Below, in pieces: positions 1-9,741 of a stretch of DNA of 64,000 nucleotides. This stretch comes from Nitrosarchaeum sp. (GTDB lineage Archaea > Thermoproteota > Nitrososphaeria > Nitrososphaerales > Nitrosopumilaceae): assembly GCA_965223865.1 (NCBI GenBank), contig OZ245020.1, positions 1,024,001 to 1,088,000 on the forward strand. Direction: 5' to 3'. The position numbers were made by a program, and so were the translations under genes. The notes beneath the pieces are model-generated. The model was not told where the DNA came from and did not search any database. It saw nothing but the letters and a program-made list of their open reading frames with translations. Positions within the stretch are counted from its first letter, which is position 1. Every line of letters begins with the position of its first letter.

Positions 1-526
1 ATCTCCTAGTTGAGCGTCTAGTAGATAATATTCGAAACAGATTTGCCTCAGATAATTCCTCATCCACTTTTTTTGGATTTCCAGAAAGAATTGCTTGAAG
101 GAGAGATTCTTTTGCAGGCTCTTTATTTTTATCATCGACTTGCTTTGCTGTCTTTTCTTTTTGAATCCAGACAGAAGGATAGAATTCTTTTGGATACACC
201 TGAACATATAGTGGCTCATGAGGAACCTTGACGTATTCTAGCACTTTTTTTCTAAAATCATTTGTTTCAGCTTCTAACTGATCTCGTTCTTTTAATCTAA
301 ACTGTACAGTATCTGAATTTATTAAAATTTCACTGAAATTATCTTCTAGCTCGACTTTTCCTACATTGTTATTTTTTAAAATTTCAACTAACTGTGCCAA
401 TTCATCTTTATTCAAGATTACTGTATCAGTATCATCTTCATCTGATCCTGTCCATACTAACCTACATCCTTCTTTTGAGAAATAAGATGGTTCTATCTTT
501 GTAAATTCGCTCAATGTTTTTTTCAA
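1..526 (-). CDS. Probable nitroreductase-family protein with N-terminal extension (runs off window start)
   Basis: Open minus-strand frame from TTG 526 (GGTGA upstream), MKKTLSEFTKIEP...NLFRILSTRRSTRR; RRSxR is the nitroreductase N-terminal motif. Not in ORF track. Confidence 0.6.
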   Translation of the reverse strand, partial: MKKTLSEFTKIEPSYFSKEGCRLVWTGSDEDDTDTVILNKDELAQLVEILKNNNVGKVELEDNFSEILINSDTVQFRLKERDQLEAETNDFRKKVLEYVKVPHEPLYVQVYPKEFYPSVWIQKEKTAKQVDDKNKEPAKESLLQAILSGNPKKVDEELSEANLFRILSTRRSTRR

Positions 527-562
527 GTCATCACCATATAAAAAAGAAGAAAGGTTAAGGAT

Positions 563-700
563 TTAAAATCCAGTAACCAAGTATGCTCCAAACCCCATTC
601 CCATTATTGCACCTAATCCCATGCAGATTAGATCAAATTTTATGACCTTTTTGAATGGGGCGTGGACCATTTTATCCCATGTGTTGTTTTGTGTTTTCAT
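563..700 (-). CDS. Small membrane protein (45 aa)
   Basis: MKTQNNTWDKMVHAPFKKVIKFDLICMGLGAIMGMGFGAYLVTGF*, hydrophobic C-terminus; translated by hand. Confidence 0.5.
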   Translation of the reverse strand: MKTQNNTWDKMVHAPFKKVIKFDLICMGLGAIMGMGFGAYLVTGF

Positions 701-818
701 GTATGTAATTGGTTATGGTAGTTCATCAAGTAGGGTAAAACTAGGATTGGACTGGTAAGCTTGATAGTTGACTACTAGCAGATTTTTCAAAACCATTTGT
801 ATTTCTTCTTTATTCTGG

Positions 819-1253
819 TTAGAGAATCATAATTGGGCATCGTGCATTTCTAAATACATTTTCAATTGTGCTGTGATAATGCAATTTTTCATAAGGTGAA
901 GTAAGTTTTGTTTTTGTCATTATTATAAGGTCAACCTCGTGTTTTTTCGCGAATTCTAATATTCTCATTGAAGGCAATCCATTTTTTAGAATTTTTGTAC
1001 TAATTGTAATATCGTATTTCTTGACAAATTTTTCTAATTCATGATGCTGTTTTTCAACTAGTTTTCGTTCTTTTTCAAATTCTTGTTTGCTTGTCTTTGT
1101 CTTAAAGAACCCAAATGTATGTCGTTCTTCCAAGCAAGTAATAACGGTAATTTTTGCATAAGATATTTGTGCCAAGGCTACTGCTTTTTTGAATGCTTTT
1201 TGACTTCCAGTCGTTCCATTATATGGTACAAGAATGTGTTTTATTGGATTCAT
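819..1253 (-). CDS. Universal stress protein (UspA family)
   Basis: HILVPYNGT..SQKA, DLIIM, C-terminal NARCPIMIL; 144 aa. Confidence 0.9.
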   Translation of the reverse strand: MNPIKHILVPYNGTTGSQKAFKKAVALAQISYAKITVITCLEERHTFGFFKTKTSKQEFEKERKLVEKQHHELEKFVKKYDITISTKILKNGLPSMRILEFAKKHEVDLIIMTKTKLTSPYEKLHYHSTIENVFRNARCPIMIL

Positions 1254-1398
1254 ATTCTTCTTTTTTGCGTATCAGTAAAAAGGATGTGCTTATTTTTTGG
1301 TGTTTTCGTTCTAGGTCTAAACTAATTTCAATTTTTTTCATGAAAGTATTTTGAAAATACTAATCAATTTAATAACTAACTAAAAAAATCTAGAATAA

Positions 1399-2406
1399 TT
1401 GGAAAAGATTGAAGTAACCTCTTATTTGGATAAATGTCAGTTCATTGAAAAATTTCTTTCAAAAAAAGATTTGCCCTACCAGAAAATAGAAGGCAAAACA
1501 TTTGAAGATGTTGAATTGCTTCGCTACATAATTACTGTCCCTGATGACTTGGCACCTAATATTATTGAGAGCCTCTCAAAAATAGTCAACACAAAGCAGA
1601 GAGACATTTTCATAACAACAAGCAAAATTGATGCAACTGTATCTGAATATCTACATGATCTTATTGAAAAAATAAAGAAACCCAAAAAGATGCCCCAGGT
1701 TGTAGAGGAGCTAATTCCCCAAACAGAGCCCTTTGTTCACTTTAAAAAAGACCTCTTTATCATGATAATAATTTCCTCTGTAATAGCGATGACTGGTCTG
1801 TACATGAACAGTCCTGCAGTAGTAATAGGTGCGATGCTTATTTCTCCCCTGATTGGTCCCCTTACAGCTTTTTCTTTTAATGCTGCAATAGGGAGGCCCA
1901 AAAAAATGTTTGATGCATTTGTTTCAGGATTGATTTTGATTGTAACCGTGATTGCTGTAAGTTCGGTAGTGTCTTTAGCTGCGATGCAATTTATCGATCT
2001 TCCAATCACAAACGAAATTGAGATCAGAACATCCTCCTCTCCAGTTGATGTAATAATTGGACTATTGTTGGGTGTCGCAGCTGGAATTGCCATGATCTCA
2101 ACCATTCCAGGCATCTTGGTGGGTGTAGCTATTGCAGCTGCTTTAGTTCCTCCAGCTACAGTTGTAGGAATTGGCATTGCTTTTTTCGATATTGATATTT
2201 TTAATGGTGCCTTATTACTAACGTCATCAAATGTTGTTGGCTTGATTTTAGGTTGTATGATTGTCTTCTTTTTTAGAGGAATTACTCCAAGACGATATCA
2301 TGATAGAAAAACTGCCAAAAAATATTTGATTGGCACAATAGTGTTATACATTTGCTTGGGAATAATTTTGACTTTGTTAAATGGTCTCACTCTGTTAAAT
2401 CCTTAG
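1399..2406 (+). CDS. DUF389 / TIGR00341-family membrane protein
   Basis: NSPAVVIGAMLISPLIGP and GVAIAAALVPP signatures, multiple TM helices. Confidence 0.9.
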   Translation: MEKIEVTSYLDKCQFIEKFLSKKDLPYQKIEGKTFEDVELLRYIITVPDDLAPNIIESLSKIVNTKQRDIFITTSKIDATVSEYLHDLIEKIKKPKKMPQVVEELIPQTEPFVHFKKDLFIMIIISSVIAMTGLYMNSPAVVIGAMLISPLIGPLTAFSFNAAIGRPKKMFDAFVSGLILIVTVIAVSSVVSLAAMQFIDLPITNEIEIRTSSSPVDVIIGLLLGVAAGIAMISTIPGILVGVAIAAALVPPATVVGIGIAFFDIDIFNGALLLTSSNVVGLILGCMIVFFFRGITPRRYHDRKTAKKYLIGTIVLYICLGIILTLLNGLTLLNP

Positions 2407-2497
2407 GCGTTGAACCTTTAGAGATTCATCTAGTTTTAACCAAAAATCAGTTTTGCCCGTTTTATGATGAATGATTTGAGTATACAAAAATAAATGA

Positions 2498-2516
2498 TTA
2501 GAAGAACTTATGAACT
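2498..2516 (+). promoter_or_regulatory. Conserved AGAAGAACTTATGAA motif (putative BRE+TATA variant)
   Basis: TTAGAAGAACTTATGAAC; TTATG begins 30 nt before TTG 2538; recurs about 9 times. Confidence 0.65.
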
Positions 2517-2537
2517 TGCCAAATTCAGTTTGAGCAA

Positions 2538-4346
2538 TTGAAGACCAAGACATTGATTCTGCTTGCAATTCCAATTGTTGTAATTTTTTCTGCCAGTCAA
2601 AGTGCGCATGGATTATGGTTACCACAATCTCCAACGGAACTTCTTGAGAAAAGCCACTTGATCTTTGTTGGAACCATAACCTCTGTAAATTCTTTGGAGT
2701 TTGAACAGTCCAACTCGTACGAAATTGAGGAGGATGGAGTCTCCCAAACTATTGTTGAAAACTACACTCTTGTCCTTGATGAATATACGGTCAGCGTTGA
2801 TGAATTTGTGAAAAATCATCAAGACATAGATACAATTACAGTCAGACAGCCTACAATCAGCATTCCGGGAAGAATTGTACCTCATGGAGGGTTTGACATT
2901 GGTGACAGGGTATTGTTTTACATTGAAAATTTTGACGGTACTAACACCTACTCTAAGGAATCATTCAAAATTCCAGAACATTGTGATGCGGTAGCTGTTG
3001 TTCAGAAACCAAGAATGATTGGGGGTGACCTGAAAATGATGCAGGAAGGTATGGAAAAACAAGATAATTTCACTGCAAAATATCCTGTGATGTTTATTTC
3101 ACAAATGGATTTGGGCACACTGTATGGTGCAAGTCTGGAATATGATGTATACATTAGCAAACAAGTTGACAATATATACAAAGACATAGTTTTTCATGAG
3201 AAAATTACATCATATGCCAAGCCATGTGAATGGTTGTCTGTTGCAAAATGGGAGTTTACACCTGATACAGGCAACTATCTTGTAAATGGGAGAATATACA
3301 AAGAAGATTCCAACTTACCTATTGGCAACCAATTCTTTTCTGTGTTTGCAGAATCTCCGCTAAAGCAGTTCAAGTCAGGAGTTCCAGCTGATAAGATACA
3401 ATGTAATGATGATTTTGTTTTACTCAAAAAATACAACGGCTTCCCTGCATGTGTAAAACAGAACAGCGTCATTGACCTCATAAAACGAAATTGGATGACT
3501 ACTGATCAAATAGATGGTTATGCAATTGATTATGATGGAGATGTAAAACATCTGCCATTTGCTGATATTTGTACTAATGAAATGAGGATAATCTTACTGA
3601 CTCATTCCAACATAAGGTCACCTGAAGAACATTTTGTAATGGAAGATGTGGCTTTACCATCTAGAATGAATCAAGAAGATTTTGAACAATGTGCACGTGA
3701 AACAGATTTTACAAAATCAAGATGGAATATGGTCTCATTGGAAAATCCTGAACCTGAACCATCTAGCTTGAATGAGAAAAATCTCACCGATGCAAGAAAT
3801 AAACTAAGAGAAGTTTATCATGCTAATGCATCTTTTGGTCCATTTACCATCAAAGAGGCTATTGTTGGTTATGGTATGGGTGATGGATTTTTAGTGGTAG
3901 ATATTCTAGAAGATTACTATGATTCAGATGAATACTACCAATTAATAATACAAAAAATAATTGATATAACTGGCGGTAAAGTAGACATTGAGTTTAATTC
4001 ATCAGGCGCAATAGTTCCAACAAACATTGAATCTATATTTCCCCACATATGGAACGGATTTTTACATAGAAATGGAATAGAGTTTACTCCAAAAGATCAA
4101 CCCTATGCAAATAATGACGTTGGATACGATAATGTTCATCGTGTGTGTTCTCCTGTGGTGACATCTAATGGCACTGAACTATACATTTCGTCTGTATTTG
4201 TCTATGAGCCTTTTGAAATCACTGGAACATTTATTGATAAAATAAAACCTGATGACTGTTACAAAGTTTGGAAAACTGACACTGTTCTAGAAGAACCAGA
4301 CAGAATACTCATGTTATGGCTTGAAAATTATCATAAGAGTAATTAG
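2538..4346 (+). CDS. Secreted multidomain protein with PLKQ-Cys-Cys-RGW module
   Basis: Signal peptide MKTKTLILL; SPLKQFKSGV..C..PACVK..RNW. Confidence 0.85.
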   Translation: MKTKTLILLAIPIVVIFSASQSAHGLWLPQSPTELLEKSHLIFVGTITSVNSLEFEQSNSYEIEEDGVSQTIVENYTLVLDEYTVSVDEFVKNHQDIDTITVRQPTISIPGRIVPHGGFDIGDRVLFYIENFDGTNTYSKESFKIPEHCDAVAVVQKPRMIGGDLKMMQEGMEKQDNFTAKYPVMFISQMDLGTLYGASLEYDVYISKQVDNIYKDIVFHEKITSYAKPCEWLSVAKWEFTPDTGNYLVNGRIYKEDSNLPIGNQFFSVFAESPLKQFKSGVPADKIQCNDDFVLLKKYNGFPACVKQNSVIDLIKRNWMTTDQIDGYAIDYDGDVKHLPFADICTNEMRIILLTHSNIRSPEEHFVMEDVALPSRMNQEDFEQCARETDFTKSRWNMVSLENPEPEPSSLNEKNLTDARNKLREVYHANASFGPFTIKEAIVGYGMGDGFLVVDILEDYYDSDEYYQLIIQKIIDITGGKVDIEFNSSGAIVPTNIESIFPHIWNGFLHRNGIEFTPKDQPYANNDVGYDNVHRVCSPVVTSNGTELYISSVFVYEPFEITGTFIDKIKPDDCYKVWKTDTVLEEPDRILMLWLENYHKSN

Positions 4347-4360
4347 AAAATGAAAACTAG
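4344..4360 (+). repeat. Gene-junction motif TAGAAAATGAAAACTAG (representative copy)
   Basis: Exact copy at 26911; near-exact at 9358, 10952(-), 23244, 24695, 30651(-), 33476 and others. Confidence 0.85.
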
Positions 4361-4742
4361 ACTTGTGATAATCGTTGGAATAATTGGAGTTGTCTTGTCA
4401 TTTTTTGTGATAACTGGTTTTCTGGTGTTTGTTATGGGTCCACTTAACCATCAACAAGTTGTTGAATATCAGTCAAATGAATTAGTGCAACAGTTCCTTG
4501 AGACTTATCCTCAAAGTGGGATAACCTCTATGTCTGGAACGTTGTTTGAGAAGGAAATCAGCTTTACATACTCTAAAAATGCAAGATATGTTTCATTGAC
4601 ATTTTCAGATAGTATGGATGGTCAAACAATTTCTTACAAATGTGAGAGAATAATATCCTCACAAGAACCCGTAGAGATATTTCACTTTGAGGAACCCTCT
4701 CCTGAAATCATCAAAAATAACGTATGTGGAGAATATGATTAG
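4350..4742 (+). CDS. Membrane-anchored hypothetical protein
   Basis: MKTRLVII N-terminal TM helix; 130 aa. Confidence 0.8.
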   Translation: MKTRLVIIVGIIGVVLSFFVITGFLVFVMGPLNHQQVVEYQSNELVQQFLETYPQSGITSMSGTLFEKEISFTYSKNARYVSLTFSDSMDGQTISYKCERIISSQEPVEIFHFEEPSPEIIKNNVCGEYD

Positions 4743-4745
4743 AGA

Positions 4746-6281
4746 ATGAAAACCAATCTTTTGGTAATTGCATTACTGTTTGTAGGTGTTTTTAGTTCTG
4801 TGCACTACTATGTTCCTGAGATTGATGATGAAGAATTGTTTGATAAGACGTCTCTGATTTTCCCAACAATGCCTTTTGCATATGCAGGTTGTGCTGCAAC
4901 AATCATACCACAGCCATGTTTTGACTCCTTTATGGGCAGTCATGAACCATTAACTGAAGACATCATCATGAAGGATCTTGCAAGAAACCTCGAAACAAAT
5001 TATGGTGATTGGATTCCTGTTGACAGAAACTGGGATTTTGAAGATGAATCCTTAGACTTGCCTGCAATAATTTGTACTGAATACATAGTTGATGGCTCAA
5101 AACAATACAGGATGGCTCAATGGGTTGATCCTTACAGGATTTCTTCTTGGGAAAATCATTACAATCCCCTCATGTGTGATAGATGGTTGCCTCCTATTGA
5201 TGATGGAATTAAAATCACTTGGGATAAGCAAAGCTATCAGGCAGACAGACAAGGCATTGTAACTGTAATTGACTACTCTATGAATAAGAATCCAAATGAG
5301 GATGAATATTTTGAAATTAAGGTTCATTCGGATGTTGATCATGCTGGTATCTCACTAACGGTAACTGAAACTGAACTTGATTCAGGAATATTTGAAGGCA
5401 TAGTGTTTTTTAGTCCTACTGAGGAATCAAGCGGATCTCTATTGCTAGTTGAAGACGCAGTATATGCAAAACATGCTGGGAATTCTGCCAGATCTAAAAT
5501 AACAATCGTTGAAAATTCCTTTGACGATTCTCAAATTTCATTCTACAATTCTGAGCTTCAACGCTATATCGACGAGTGTGACCCCTTGATCCACAAAGAG
5601 ACACTGCCTGACATTACAATAGAAACTGAAACTGAATGGTATGACTTGCAATACTGTATGTGGAGGCCTCACTATCCTGATGTCTCAAATATTGATAACT
5701 GTGTAGATTTGTTTGATACCCTTTACGCTTTTCATAGTGCACCAAAGCCAAACTGCGGAGTGCAGAGATACAATGAAGACGGCACTCCCAGAGGAATTTG
5801 TGAACCTGAACCATATTTGTCTGGCATGTACAGTGACGAGAATTTGATTAACAGTAACTGTACTGAAAATTATTCAGAATGGGCATACAAAACAGATGCA
5901 AACGATATGGTGTTTTATGTATTTGAAGAGATGGAAAAATATCAAGATTGGCAACTCAAGCGAGTTTTAGATAGATGTGAGGAAAATAATCCAAACAGAT
6001 CCATCAAGTCTTTTGAAAACTATACCCATTACATTGATTCAGGGTTGTGTCAATGGAATCTAAAAGAAATTTCAGAAAAGGTACAGGCTGTTCCTCTTTG
6101 TGTTGATGAAGACACAATACTAAAAGACGGTGTCTGCCAAAAAATTGTAACTGATCCGCAACCTTCTGATTTTAGAGAATCTGGAGGTAGCATAAGCCTG
6201 CTTTATGCTTATTCTGGCTTGGGACTGGTCGGAATTGTTGTTGGATTTTTGGTAATCAAAAAATGGAGAAAGAGAAAATGA
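4746..6281 (+). CDS. Secreted Cys-rich protein with one S-layer-like domain and C-terminal TM anchor
   Basis: Segment VHSDVDHAGISLTVTETELDSGIFEGIVFF matches the protein at 18618-20708; ends in TM + KKWRKRK. Confidence 0.85.
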   Translation: MKTNLLVIALLFVGVFSSVHYYVPEIDDEELFDKTSLIFPTMPFAYAGCAATIIPQPCFDSFMGSHEPLTEDIIMKDLARNLETNYGDWIPVDRNWDFEDESLDLPAIICTEYIVDGSKQYRMAQWVDPYRISSWENHYNPLMCDRWLPPIDDGIKITWDKQSYQADRQGIVTVIDYSMNKNPNEDEYFEIKVHSDVDHAGISLTVTETELDSGIFEGIVFFSPTEESSGSLLLVEDAVYAKHAGNSARSKITIVENSFDDSQISFYNSELQRYIDECDPLIHKETLPDITIETETEWYDLQYCMWRPHYPDVSNIDNCVDLFDTLYAFHSAPKPNCGVQRYNEDGTPRGICEPEPYLSGMYSDENLINSNCTENYSEWAYKTDANDMVFYVFEEMEKYQDWQLKRVLDRCEENNPNRSIKSFENYTHYIDSGLCQWNLKEISEKVQAVPLCVDEDTILKDGVCQKIVTDPQPSDFRESGGSISLLYAYSGLGLVGIVVGFLVIKKWRKRK

Positions 6282-7030
6282 AGACTGGAAATAAAATGAT
6301 CATATCCCTGGTTGCAATATTTGCAGTTTCTATTCCTATTTTTTATTTTACACAGGAAACATCTTTTGAAACCTCAATCCAAACAGATCCAGTAGACAAA
6401 CGAGAAGATCTTGATGAAGTTATACATTCTAACACGTCTTGTGTCAGCTTCTGGCGTACAGAATTATTCGAGATGCGGAAAGATGTCACTTATGATTATA
6501 AAAATGATCCCATATTCATAGAGTGCTCAGATGCCCTGACATCCCAAAGACACCTTGAAAGTCTGGAATTTGACAAATGGAGTGGACAGGGAGACGTTCA
6601 CTATGAAAGGGTAGACAGTGATAAAAAATACTGGGCAACCCTAAAGGACATCAAGTTACGTGGTGATGATGAGTCAATCCAGGTTACTTTTTCAGGCAAT
6701 GACTTTGAGACAAGCTGGACTACCACAGGACAGCAAAAGAAAACCTACACTGTTCCAGACTTTAGGATTGTCACAACAATTCACAAGGGCCAAGAGTTTG
6801 TTGCACTCTGCACCGACACGGTTGAGCGCAGAATTCATGTCCTAAAATATGACGGAATCACAGAAAAAGATGGAATTGACTACTATTCCTTTTGGCACAA
6901 GTCAACTACAATTCCAATTGAAGACTTGCCCAAGTGTCAATATCCGTCCATAATTAAGGACAGCAAAAGTGTTGATTTTGACTTGGGAGAAAAGCCAACT
7001 TCAGAAGTTTGGGACCATGACTGGGAATAG
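6278..7030 (+). CDS. Membrane-anchored hypothetical protein (paralog of 27740-28402)
   Basis: Start moved to ATG 6278 (MKTGNK, ATGA overlap). Confidence 0.8.
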   Translation: MKTGNKMIISLVAIFAVSIPIFYFTQETSFETSIQTDPVDKREDLDEVIHSNTSCVSFWRTELFEMRKDVTYDYKNDPIFIECSDALTSQRHLESLEFDKWSGQGDVHYERVDSDKKYWATLKDIKLRGDDESIQVTFSGNDFETSWTTTGQQKKTYTVPDFRIVTTIHKGQEFVALCTDTVERRIHVLKYDGITEKDGIDYYSFWHKSTTIPIEDLPKCQYPSIIKDSKSVDFDLGEKPTSEVWDHDWE

Positions 7031-7033
7031 AAG

Positions 7034-7990
7034 ATGAAGACTGAATTTGGAATAATTGTTCTGGTGGCAATCATAGCTTCTGCAACATTGTTTTTCATAT
7101 ACCAAAACCCAAATGAAATCCCAAAATCAATGTCATTTAAAAAACAAACAAGTGAAATTATTCAAATCAATGAAAACTCAAAAAAATACAAACTGGATAA
7201 CGACATGCAACAATTCAATGCATCAAAAAAACTGATGGAGGAGAAACTCAAGGAACTTTCATGGGATTTGCTTGGAATCAAGATTTCCAAAGTCACATTA
7301 CTTGAAGGCCAATATCCGTTCCTAACTGTGCAGGAAAGAGCAGAAAAGTTTGACCTTGATCCTTCCTCAGTGTGTGCCTTTGAGCAAAACATCCCTCTGC
7401 AACTACAAAAAATCTCCCAGATAGACAATTTTCAGATGTTTTCCAAAAAATACCGATCACATACTATTGAACTAGACATATTTGATGAGCGAAATGACAT
7501 ATCAAACATTCACTATGGGTTGATTGCAACAAATGACAATGAGCAGAGTGCATCTACTTTCTTTCATCTTGATACGTGTACCAACAAGATAACGGACAAA
7601 CAACCATATTCTTTGAATTGCTTTGATGCAAATAGCGACTATAAGTTTGCCACATTCAACACCGATGATGTTCTGTCTAGCTACTCAAACGGCCATTTCT
7701 GCAAGATAGAGTTGGATCCTTGGCGTCAATCTCTTCATGAATATTCATTGACATTACGTGAGCAACTCCGACAACTAGAACAAGAATCCATGACAGGAAT
7801 TGTAGATCAAGAATCCCATTGGAAGTTCATCTCGGAGATGAACAAACTAGGAGATCTTGGAAACCTTGTTGCACAAGTTACTCACTACAACTATGATGAA
7901 CAAGGCTTACAAGAAAAAATTGAACAATATGAGAAACAGTATGGAAGCATTCCTGAGGAATTGTCAGAACTAATGGAGAAGAGAAAATGA
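7034..7990 (+). CDS. Membrane-anchored hypothetical protein
   Basis: MKTEFGIIVL TM helix; 318 aa. Confidence 0.8.
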   Translation: MKTEFGIIVLVAIIASATLFFIYQNPNEIPKSMSFKKQTSEIIQINENSKKYKLDNDMQQFNASKKLMEEKLKELSWDLLGIKISKVTLLEGQYPFLTVQERAEKFDLDPSSVCAFEQNIPLQLQKISQIDNFQMFSKKYRSHTIELDIFDERNDISNIHYGLIATNDNEQSASTFFHLDTCTNKITDKQPYSLNCFDANSDYKFATFNTDDVLSSYSNGHFCKIELDPWRQSLHEYSLTLREQLRQLEQESMTGIVDQESHWKFISEMNKLGDLGNLVAQVTHYNYDEQGLQEKIEQYEKQYGSIPEELSELMEKRK

Positions 7991-9354
7991 AAACTAACCT
8001 TTTGATAATCATTGGGATTGTTTTGACATCTGCAGTAATTGGAACAATTTTTGCCATTTTTATGATTTCTTATGATAACACACCTCAGACCACATTTGAC
8101 TATGATGTAGATTATGATGATCTTGTAGTGAGAGATGTTAGCATGATAGTGTACAAGACAGTGAATGATCATCCAGGAAAGAGTTGCTTTACTTTGTCTT
8201 CAGATGACCTAAATAGATTCCCAGATGACTTTTTAGATGACCTGAACAGTGCTGCACAAGAAGGGTTGCGTGAAGATCCTCAAATCTATCCTCCAGGCGT
8301 GTATACAGGATACGGCATGAATGCAGAAAAGAATCTTGTACTGGATCTTGTAACAAAGTACAACTTTAGTGAAACCCAAAATGTCTCTACTGACAACATC
8401 GCATCAATTCCTGACTCTGAATACCTTTTTGACTGCTTTTTTGATTATGATGGCAAGCAGTACCTGTTAAGACTAGAGTTTCAGCAACAACTACATGATG
8501 GCAATTTTGCAAATGTAAATGTCACAAAGAACAGTTTGGGCATTCCACATATCCTCAATGAGGATATTGTTGTGTTTCACGGTGGCTTCAACAGTACAGT
8601 TCTGTTTCACAATAACTTGAACACTGAAATCACTCTTTTCACACATGAGCCAACAGTGAATTTTGTAGATGAGGACGATGGAGACATTCATGAAAACAGA
8701 TTTGCAAAAACATTATCTGACTTTGAAACAATCATTCCACCCGGAAAATTCTTCTCATACTATTTTTCGCCGCACAAAGATAAGAATGATTTGCCAATAA
8801 GATATATGATAAAACCTTTTGATCTAGAGGGAACAGTAACTGTGAAACCCTATCCTCGGTGCATGACAGAAAACGAAGTAGCATCACTTTATGGTACGGT
8901 GAATGTGTATCCAAAGTTTCCAAAATATCTTCCAGGGGGATACACCTTTGAATGTGGAGTGCACAATACAAACGCGTTTGTGCATCTTGTTTACATGACT
9001 GACGAACAGCGCTCAAAGTTCACTGACACGGCAAATGCTGCATTTAACAGGGAATTTTTTGCAGATGGGGGTCTGGTGATTGACTATTATGATGAGGCAT
9101 GGAATGGGTGGATTGAAGATCCTAACTATGACAAGTTTGAAAAGGCACAAGAAAATTCACAGCACCCCAAATCCAAGACACTTGTCATTTCAGACCAGCC
9201 AGCAGTAATGATCAAGGAGTATTTTTGGGATGATGGGCAGCAGCATTCCTTTAACCGATTGGAGCTTTTTCTTGATGAAGAGCAAATCCGAATAAAAAGC
9301 GGTTTGGACGAAGAAGAATTGATTAAGATTGCAGAATCTTTTTTTGACAGGTAA
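7987..9354 (+). CDS. Membrane-anchored protein; C-terminal domain shared with 25639-26898
   Basis: MKTNLLII; PKYLPGGY...EEELIKIAESFFDR. Confidence 0.8.
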   Translation: MKTNLLIIIGIVLTSAVIGTIFAIFMISYDNTPQTTFDYDVDYDDLVVRDVSMIVYKTVNDHPGKSCFTLSSDDLNRFPDDFLDDLNSAAQEGLREDPQIYPPGVYTGYGMNAEKNLVLDLVTKYNFSETQNVSTDNIASIPDSEYLFDCFFDYDGKQYLLRLEFQQQLHDGNFANVNVTKNSLGIPHILNEDIVVFHGGFNSTVLFHNNLNTEITLFTHEPTVNFVDEDDGDIHENRFAKTLSDFETIIPPGKFFSYYFSPHKDKNDLPIRYMIKPFDLEGTVTVKPYPRCMTENEVASLYGTVNVYPKFPKYLPGGYTFECGVHNTNAFVHLVYMTDEQRSKFTDTANAAFNREFFADGGLVIDYYDEAWNGWIEDPNYDKFEKAQENSQHPKSKTLVISDQPAVMIKEYFWDDGQQHSFNRLELFLDEEQIRIKSGLDEEELIKIAESFFDR

Positions 9355-9363
9355 GATTTGAAA

Positions 9364-9522
9364 ATGAAAACTAGGTTTTTGGTATTAATTGGAATTGTTA
9401 TTGCATTGACAATTTCTTTCTTTGCTCTAGATCCATCACAAGATCATATTGCCCAGTATTTTCTGACTGATGAACAATTTGAGGAGATGATTTTGAATAA
9501 TGATATGCTGACAGATATTTGA
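9364..9522 (+). pseudogene. Short or truncated cassette-type ORF (52 aa)
   Basis: Begins in junction motif, MKTRFLVLIGIVIALT..., early TGA. Confidence 0.5.
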
Positions 9523-9741
9523 CATATAATGAATCAAGTATTGTACGATGATAGAGATGATCTAAATGAGGTCGTTTATGCTTCCTGTTTCTCACGTATC
9601 ATTAAGGTAACTTCATCTAACTAGAGGAATACAACGAATTTCTTAGAATTTTAAAAGATTAAACCGTAACAAAAATTCCTTCTATGTGAGCGCTTTATTT
9701 TGAAATTATTTTTTGAGAAAGATTTGGTTTTGTGATTACTG

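Noticed and set aside
43-231. 62-aa plus-strand ORF
   Set aside because: Antisense to a longer minus-strand frame with a nitroreductase-like motif.
563-700. MKT start as another junction-motif copy
   Set aside because: Upstream context (TACATACATG) lacks GAAAATG; probably coincidental, and a reminder that MKT alone is not diagnostic.
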